A stretch of DNA of 64,000 nucleotides from Tubiluchus corallicola (lineage: Eukaryota > Animalia > Priapulida): the NCBI GenBank assembly GCA_030141605.1, contig JAQGDQ010000815.1, positions 28,682 through 92,681 on the forward strand, in the 5' to 3' direction. The notes beneath the pieces are model-generated. The model did no database searches. It was not told the DNA's origin and was given only the letters and a program-made list of their open reading frames with translations. Shown in pieces: positions 39,103 through 64,000 of the stretch (position 1 is its first letter; each line of letters opens with the position of its first letter). The position numbers and the translations under genes were made by a program.

Positions 39103-41761
39103 TGGAGAGAGAGAGAGAGAGATGGAGAGAGAAAGAGGCAGAGGAAGAGAAACAGAGGGAGATATGAAAAAGAGACAAGAGTATAATGCTTAACATGAAT
39201 TAAGTACGAACTGACCAGATGATATAACACCAAGCGAATGTAAATGACCATCCTGGGAACGACCATTCCACCACAACTTCATGATGTTCAATACGTCCAC
39301 AGATAAACACATATCACCTCCGCTAGAACCGAGGACAGCCTGAAAAATTCGTACGTCAAAATCTAGATTAAACCAGTTACAGAAAAATTATCCATACACA
39401 AACCAAAATAACCAATCGTTTGGATTTTACGCATGTACGCATAGCAATGTTGATAATTTTCCATTTTTTTATTACAAATTTGCAAAAATGAATGTCGCGG
39501 CCCACTACAAGCCAAAGTCTGGCATTCCGCAAAGTGGCCTATTTAATGTATTTCCTCTTACTACATTCACATGCAGTTAATGTACAGTCAACATCGGATA
39601 TACGGGACACCTCGGGACCGGAAAAAACCATCCCGTATATTCGATGTCCCTTATAGTCAAAGTTGAGTCAGACCGAGGGTGTATATCTAGACCTGTACTT
39701 TTCTGTATTTTTACCCATATTTTTATGGATAATTGCTACACATTCAGTGCAAACGGTATGTAGGAAGCTCCTTCAGTAATGCGAGATATATGTGACCACG
39801 GAAACCGAGTAGTTCGAAGGCAGAGTTTGCGAAAAATTGAGGTTAAAAGTTGATCAATTTCGCTTTGATCATAGAGTCCCTTATATGCGAGGTAATTTAC
39901 CTGGGTTTCTATTACGCGGGATCTGAAGATAACGTTCCGTATAACCGAAAGTCTCTATATCCGAGTACAGGAAAAACGTTACAAAAAATCGGGACCAATG
40001 TTGGTGGTTCCTTATAAGTGAGTGTCCCTTATAACGAGTACCTTATACACGAAGATTTTTACATAGGAAAAACGTTACAAAATTCGGGACCAGTGTTGGT
40101 GGTCCCTTATAAGTGAGTGTCCCTTATAAGCGAGTACGTTATACCCGAAGTTGACTGTATAAGATGATGTAATATTTTTTATACCTCTCTGCATTTTTTA
40201 ATTTTTTCTTGGAACTCGTGCTGCAGCCATTTTCTATCGTACAACACATCGAGCACCGGTCTCGAATATGTGTCCGGACCAAAGATCGCCGAATCAAGGC
40301 GATACACTCGAGCTGTGCTGACATCTGCATATTCGTTCACATTCAAGTTACCCCATACGATGACGTCCCGGACGTCACTAGCATGGACCGACAATTCCGA
40401 TGCGACGAGAGACCGGGCAATGTTCTCCGTTTCTTTGCTGAAGAATACAATGTTTTCCTTGGGAACGTTTGTCGCATAAAATAATAACACTGTAGCCGCC
40501 ACGTTCACGGGCCCCGTGCCAACGATAAGAATTTTCGCAGTTTGCATCTTCGCCTTTTGCATTATTTTACCATATTGCTTGAATATATTGGCAAATGACC
40601 ATAGAGCTTCGGCATCGATTTCTTTTAGTGTGTCTTCATCGGGTATTGAGGGAATTATATCGTCTACTAATTCTTCTACAATTGAGCTTGCTACTTCTTC
40701 GGAACTTGGTGGAATACTGTCCTCAACCAATCCTTCGACCACTTTGTACACAACTTGTTCACTTGTTGATAGAATGCTATCCTCTACGACTTCCGTGACG
40801 ATTCTATCTATAATTTTTCTAGGTCGCAGATAAAAGCTGTCTCTAACGATTTCTTGCACGAGAGCCCACACCATTTGTTTGGGTTTCAAGCAGAGACTGT
40901 TGCCGATAATTTCCCGCACAATTCTGCCCACGATTTCCGCTGGTTCCAAGGCACGATTTTCCTGGATGATTTTTGTCACCACTGCTTCTACGATTTCTCT
41001 AGCTCTGCGCAAAAGTCTTTCTTCGCTTCCCAATTCTCGAGAGACTATTGAGATAATTTCTCCACCATCGGCTCCCATAAGATCAAGCGAAGACTCGATT
41101 TCGATGGGTTCGGGCTGAACAATTATCGAAGGAGTTAACCACACCGGCTTGCTTTCAATTATCTCATCAACTGCTGCGAGAATTCTTTCTATTATCCAAT
41201 TAACAGTTTCTTCCGCTGTTTCTCGTGGCAGCATACAATCAAGCAAAACGATGAAACTACAGTTCTGAAACGCCTCCGCTGCGTTCCTCGTTATCACGAC
41301 CTCTCTCAGCGTAGGTGAACACATATCCATCATCTCAGCCTCCAAGCCTTGCAGCTCTTCGTCAGAATCCTCCTCGTTAGCAAGCAAACGCAAGCACAGT
41401 TGATAATCGTCGGAGAATATGTGACCGCACAGGATCTGTTGAATGATGCAGTAAGCAGTTTTAGTGCAAGGTTTACTGATGCACACATAGTAAGGATTAT
41501 AAGCAGCTTTTCGTGCCGCCATCTTTCCGTCTTCTTTAACTCTTTCCCGGAGGTTCTCTGCTGCACAGCCTCTTAAATACTCCATGTCAAAATCGAGCTT
41601 AATGTTGTAGTAGAAGTTCACGTAGTCTTCAAATTCGGTCGCTCCTCCCAGGTACAATCCTTTGCCTCCGCGATCAATTAGCTCACGCCATATTAGCGGC
41701 GATGACGAATGTGTCCAGTTGTTTGTGCGGCAAACTTGTTCTAGCCACTCCTAAAGCAAAC

Positions 41762-41806
<45 letters not shown>

Positions 41807-44086
41807 CTTTATTTAAAGGCGGCTTTTGGGTCAACAATTAACATTAGCTCAAAGAGTTATTATCGCCGACTGTAAATAACAACCTACAACTACATAACAG
41901 ACACTATTATTACCCCACTTTTACACTAAATACCACGTCTCAGGCAGCGCAAAGCATGTACCATTTTTAAAGTCTTTGGTATTACCCGGCCGCTGGTTCG
42001 AACTCACGACCTCCCAGACGGAAAGCAGACGCATTACCGCTAGACTAAACCGTCTGGTATAAAATTGTAAAGTAAAGGGATGTAAATAATTGTAAAGTAA
42101 TGATATTATAACATATTGGTGCAGTATACTTTGCTTAATATATATTGTTTATTGAGCAAAAAGGTACATATGATATTTTACAGAATTACACTCTTAAGTT
42201 AGTTCATTTGTACAATATATAAAGCAAAATATATCTTAAACTGTAGGTGAAAACCATCTACTCTTTAAAATATTGAAAGGAAAGATGCTATATTTTCAAA
42301 AATTACTTACGTAAAAGAATTATTACCACAAAAATACAATTTCACGTTCGTGCCACTAGTTCTTCCATGTTACATGCATTTTGCCATTCGCTACGTAGGC
42401 GGGCACTAGCAACGGCATTTCGGAAACGCTTTGCACAAAAATGCTGTACCTCTCAGTTCAGATGCATTAGTTTGTGACGAACTGCACAAGTTCGACAGCT
42501 CATGCGTGAGCACAGCAGTAAATATAAAATTAAATTTTTATCTTAAAACTTTCCTAGTTTTAGTACAGCACACTAAATATCTTACAGTAGCACTGTACTT
42601 CAATTTTCGCTTTCACAAACACGTGCAACATGCTCGTGGAATATTTTTGCTGTTGAAAATCACGTTAGTTTGTGAAGTCATCAATAGTTGGGCTCTCTTG
42701 CCATTAATCAAGTTTTTAATGTAATTACTAGAAATGCTTTGGCAGTATTAATTGTGTTAAAACGTATACTTTTTATCAGACATGAAGATGGGTTAGTAAG
42801 TGAAAAATCAACCTGTCTTCCTTTAAATTGAGCACTGCAGTTCTGAAGTGCAGTTTAAGAACTAATTTCCGAGCAGTCCTACAAAATGCAAACAACTGCT
42901 CATTTTAATACCACGATGCCCGATTAGCATCAATATTAACAGACAGATGGCAAATTGACAGTTAAGTTTAGCATACCCTCCATTCACAACCGTGAATCAT
43001 AATCTTGTGAACGTCAAAGTTTGGTAATCTTTTTGACATGTCTTCTGCAAGTAATTCTACTCTTGCAAATACCGGGCAGTCGGCAATACCTGAAAGAGGA
43101 AATAATTATGCAAAGTGTACATTAGTGGACACATGTACAAGTGCCTTTAAACTGATCTGTCACCTTCATCTCTGATTTGTTAACCTTGAAAAAGGGAAAA
43201 TCAATTTTTGCCTATTTTACTGTCAAATACAAAGAAATGGTCATTGTGACATTTCTGTCAAATTTTGTTTAAATTGAATCGAGTTCTTTTGAAACACAAC
43301 TATTAAGCACTGGCAACACATAGATGGAGAAATATGGCTCTAAGCAAGCTGTCAGACATGTCATAAGCACTTTTATATACAATCAAAAAAACGCATAAAT
43401 TTTAAATATATTTATATACTTATTTATTTATTTTTAAATTCAAACATTTACAATTATGTAAACAGTTAACGGCATTCACACATAAACAGTGTCCACCAGA
43501 CCTAATGTTTTTGTTTGGGAAAGTTGATTTGCTATTTTAAAGTAACTGTTATATAGTTTTAATATATATATATATATACTAATATCTCAGTTTGCCGGAC
43601 CTCACTTTTAAGGATATCAGAAGAATTGGACAAAATCTGGACCATTAAAAAGTCCCGCATACTACGGACACAGTCCACTGTTTCGCGAGCTGACCGCTAG
43701 TTGGTGGGCCATCACTTTACTTACATCATTACGTCAGTGTAACTACAACCGTTTGCCAACCGTTTTCATATACTTCTGTACAAGGCCCGTATGCGACATT
43801 TTTGAGACAATTAGGCAATAGATACTACATTACCGGGAATCTAACACATCTGTCGTGCGCCTACTATATTAGCTTATTATCGGTAAATACGAACAATCGG
43901 CAAATTCGTATCGACATCGCCACACTTTTATCCAGCAAACCATTATATCCGTGTATATTATCATATTATATTATATTACATTATATATTTCACACACTAC
44001 ACTTCTACAACATTATCTGGAATGGATAAGAGTTTTAATTCTTTCTATGATTATTTAAGCTTACCTGCTACTACAAATTTCGCCAT
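35876..44086 (-). CDS. MDH1B: Malate dehydrogenase 1B-like protein (spliced, ~698 aa, with large internal insertion)
   Basis: Minus-strand exons 44086-44065, 43089-42977, 41750-40185, 39339-39216, 38504-38377 and 36019-35876, with canonical sites and consistent phases. N-terminus MAKFVVAGIADCPVFARVELLAE...SPLIWRELIDRGGKGLYLGG; later DVIVWGN, RVYRLDSAIFGPDTYSRPV and SLGVISSGQYGV..GLGFSFPVQF, matching MDH1B as recalled. Confidence 0.93.
37184..37499. mobile_element. Foldback-like element with modular subterminal repeats
   Basis: Ends aatataggttttacacgtcaaatgtagac / gtctacatttgacgtgtaaaacctatatt, with repeated gtcaaatgtagac modules in both orientations. Confidence 0.82.
37694..38329. mobile_element. 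Tigger/pogo-type MITE
   Basis: TA|cagtctagcctcgttatctcgcc ... ggcgagataacgaggctagactg|TA; perfect 23-bp TIR. Confidence 0.92.
38377..38504 (-). CDS. MDH1B: MDH1B exon 5 (GQYGVSNGLGFSFPVQFNDG...ESIL)
   Basis: Boundaries ttttag|GA ... CTA|gtaagt; MDH C-terminal GxYGV..G..FSFPV motif. Confidence 0.9.
38866..39165. repeat. (GA)n microsatellite / purine tract
   Basis: Long (GA)n runs; source of spurious SL/ER ORFs. Confidence 0.97.
39216..39339 (-). CDS. MDH1B: MDH1B exon 4 (AVLGSSGG...KLWWNG...HSLGVISS)
   Basis: Boundaries tttcag|GCT ... G|gtcagt; phase consistent. Confidence 0.87.
40185..41750 (-). CDS. MDH1B: MDH1B exon 3, 1566 nt (EWLEQVCRTNNW ... KKCRE)
   Basis: Boundaries ctttag|GAG ... 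GAG|gtataa; open for 522 codons; overlaps ORF 40179..41657. Confidence 0.92.
41762..42060 (-). mobile_element. tRNA-derived SINE with (TTA)n tail
   Basis: On the minus strand: A-box-like TAGTCTAGCGG, B-box GAGTTCGAACC, core ccgggtaataccaaagactttaaaaatggta, then AATAAA and an (ATT)n tail. Confidence 0.82.
42977..43089 (-). CDS. MDH1B: MDH1B exon 2 (IADCPVFARVELLAEDMSKRLPNFDVHKIMIHGCEWR)
   Basis: Boundaries ttcag|GT ... AGG|gtatgc. Confidence 0.9.
44065..44086 (-). CDS. MDH1B: MDH1B coding exon 1 (MAKFVVAG)
   Basis: ATG GCG AAA TTT GTA GTA GCA G|gtaagc on the minus strand. Confidence 0.88.
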
Positions 44087-46006
44087 CCCGTCAGTTCAAA
44101 TGAAGTACTAGGACAATATCGAATAAAAACTGATGCATTCTTTTCAAGGTCTAACCAGTTAAATTCTGAAAAGTACTTTACAATTAATTATATACAACAT
44201 TACCAACAGAATACAATGGAACTACTTTAATAATTTTTACAAGAAAAAGACAGACAAATATAGAGAGAAAAAGCGAGGGGTCGGAAGAGAGAAAAGCGGC
44301 ATAGAGAGATGGGGAGGGAAGAAGACTGAATGAGTGAAAGGGAGAAATACAGAAAGAGAAGAAGAGGGAAAAGAGGGAGAGGGTTACTTAGTGTTAGAGA
44401 TGCCATCCAGTTCTACAACTAGTTTAATATCATGATGAAGACTAACGATTTCAAGATCATGATCTTAATCATTTTCGTCTGAACATCGTCATCGAAATGC
44501 TAAAAATTCTGATTTGATATGATGCGATTTATTTTTAAGTTCAAACATTTACAAATATGTAAACAGTTAACGGCATTCACACATAAACAGTGTCCACCAG
44601 ACCTGTTTTTGTTTGGGAAAGTTGATTTGCTATTTTATAGTAACTGTTATATAGTTTTAATACAATAGATGTCATTTTTGATAATATTAGACAGTAAATA
44701 TTCACCATTTTAATAAAAAATATAGTCAAAGTAACAATACACTATAATTTAGCAGACGCTAAGACGACGTGGTTGCACAAACTGTTGCCAAATTTTGTGA
44801 CGTCATCGCGCAATATACGAAATTACGCATTACAGAAAACTGAAACTTCAACCGAATCTATCTTCAGGAGTGACGAACTTACACTGCTAGCTGCAGAGAG
44901 AGGAGTGAGTGGAATACTGTAATAAATATTAATACCTGAATCTCAACAATAGATGGAATGAGACCTTAAAGAAAGAAACGAACATCAAGTATATTCATCA
45001 CCAGTAAGGCAGAACAACAGACAATTAAACTTTCAAAAGAAAGCTAGCAGTTTGTCAGAGCAGGTTCCGTTAGCCGAGAAGAAGTCAGCTACTGATGTAT
45101 ATAGATACACTGCAAAAAGATTTAGCAAATACATACTCTAGGTTTGAGTTATGATGCATCATTGGCAGTGGCAGTGGACAGAATGCCTGGCATCAATGCT
45201 TAACAGGTGGGATGCGCCATGTTTTGTAAAACGCAGCAGCACTTATAGACGACAACACAATCATTAGGGGTGAGCATTCTCTACCAGAAAGCGAATTCGA
45301 ATCGAACCGAATTTGTGACTTTCGAATTACAATCGACCCGAACTTCAGTGTTTCGAATTCGAATCTAATTCGAATTGAGATTGAAAAATTTTCGAACAAG
45401 TTTTCGAACCACCAGTAAAAATTAGTCTTACAAAGATCATGCATATCACTAGATTTTGTGATATGGTGGGCAATGTAGACGGTGAACAATGTAGTGTCAT
45501 TGGACCAAACTTGGACGATTGATACACGCCACATGATATGAATAATAAGGCCTTCGTGGTGATAAAAGTAAATAATCTTTGTTGTTGTTATTTATGCCAT
45601 AGAGTTTTATTTGTGAAGCATATCTTTTCATAGTAGTCGCTGTGAAGATGAATGATAAGTGATACAGAGGTAAAAAGCCAGTGTAAACAATTATCGTTTG
45701 CCCACGCGAGTGGAAAGTCTGGAGACTGGAGAGGCACACGAGAAATCGCAGAAAATCACAAAAGTTACAGGTCTAGTGACTCTTGTCTTGGATGTCTTCA
45801 GCCAAAGATATTTACACTGAGACACAACGGAATGAGGATAATTTGTTTTGCGCAAATTCCCGCATTGCGCTTTTTCTTATATTATGGCGACCACCAGGAT
45901 AATTTCTATAGACTGTAAAAAATTAAATGAATTTTAACTATGAGTCTATAAGCATGTGATTCTGTAGTACGTGAAAACCTGGAACTCCAAATAGATAAAA
46001 TAACAA

Positions 46007-63619
<17,613 letters not shown>

Positions 63620-63878
63620 GTTGGTGGGTAGGTAGATAAGTAGGTAGGTAAGTAAGTAAGTAGGTAGGTAGGTAAGCAAGTAAGTAAGTAGGTAGGTAAG
63701 TAAGTAGGTAGGTAGGTAAGCAAGTAAGTAGGTAGGTAGGTAGGTAGGTAAATAAGTAGGTAGGTAGGTAGGTAGGTAGGTAAGTAGGTAGGCAGGTAGG
63801 TAGGTAGCTAGGTAGGTAGGTAGGCAAGCAAGCAAGTAAAAGCAAGCAGGCAAGCAAGCAAGCAAGCAGGTAAGTAAT
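63620..63878. repeat. (GTAG/GTAA/GCAA)n microsatellite forming the LINE tail
   Basis: Tetranucleotide array adjoining the LINE 3' UTR, with the same architecture as 55745-55930. Confidence 0.92.
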
Positions 63879-64000
63879 TAAGCAGTTTATTGTCATTATA
63901 GCTCCATACATACAATGAAATTTACGTGGTTTTACGTACTGCAATAACTTATAGAAACAACAAGGAGATTAACACAAATAATTCAATCAGTTGTACGGTG

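Noticed and set aside
38853-39266. SL-rich and ER-rich ORFs
   Set aside because: These are translations of the (GA)n microsatellite; the real MDH1B exon 39339-39216 uses another frame.
40209-41576. Antisense and alternative-frame ORFs overlapping MDH1B exon 3
   Set aside because: They are shadows of the long coding exon and contain no recognisable motifs.
41940-42060. tRNA gene
   Set aside because: It has A/B boxes but continues into a SINE body and (TTA)n tail, and no convincing cloverleaf acceptor stem is present.

Overview
This is AT-rich, intron-rich, repeat-dense animal DNA (probably an invertebrate bilaterian; the taxon cannot be fixed from the sequence). It is not prokaryotic and contains no CRISPR array. 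Four protein-coding genes can be rebuilt by hand from GT-AG boundaries and codon phase: (1) pyruvate dehydrogenase kinase PDK (+, 10 exons, 4926..26422, first exon not found in the window); (2) an intronless PACRG (+, 31318..32013); (3) MDH1B (-, 6 exons, 44086..35876, about 698 aa), with a 1566-nt exon carrying a ~200-aa acidic insertion built from 20-aa amphipathic repeats; (4) a RUNDC3-family gene (+, from 46007, 10 well-supported exons plus one probable, 3' end uncertain). Introns hold hAT, Tc1/pogo, piggyBac and PIF MITEs, a Tigger relic with a nested solo LTR, LINE and SINE fragments, minisatellites, long palindromes and a 2.4-kb tandem duplication. The most interesting items are the AKAP-like helix array in MDH1B, an array of about 68 acceptor-like 21-mers abutting a real exon, LINE tails forming decoy donor arrays next to real donors, and the intron-poor ciliary pair PACRG/MDH1B. 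Family assignments rest on recalled motifs; no database search was run.
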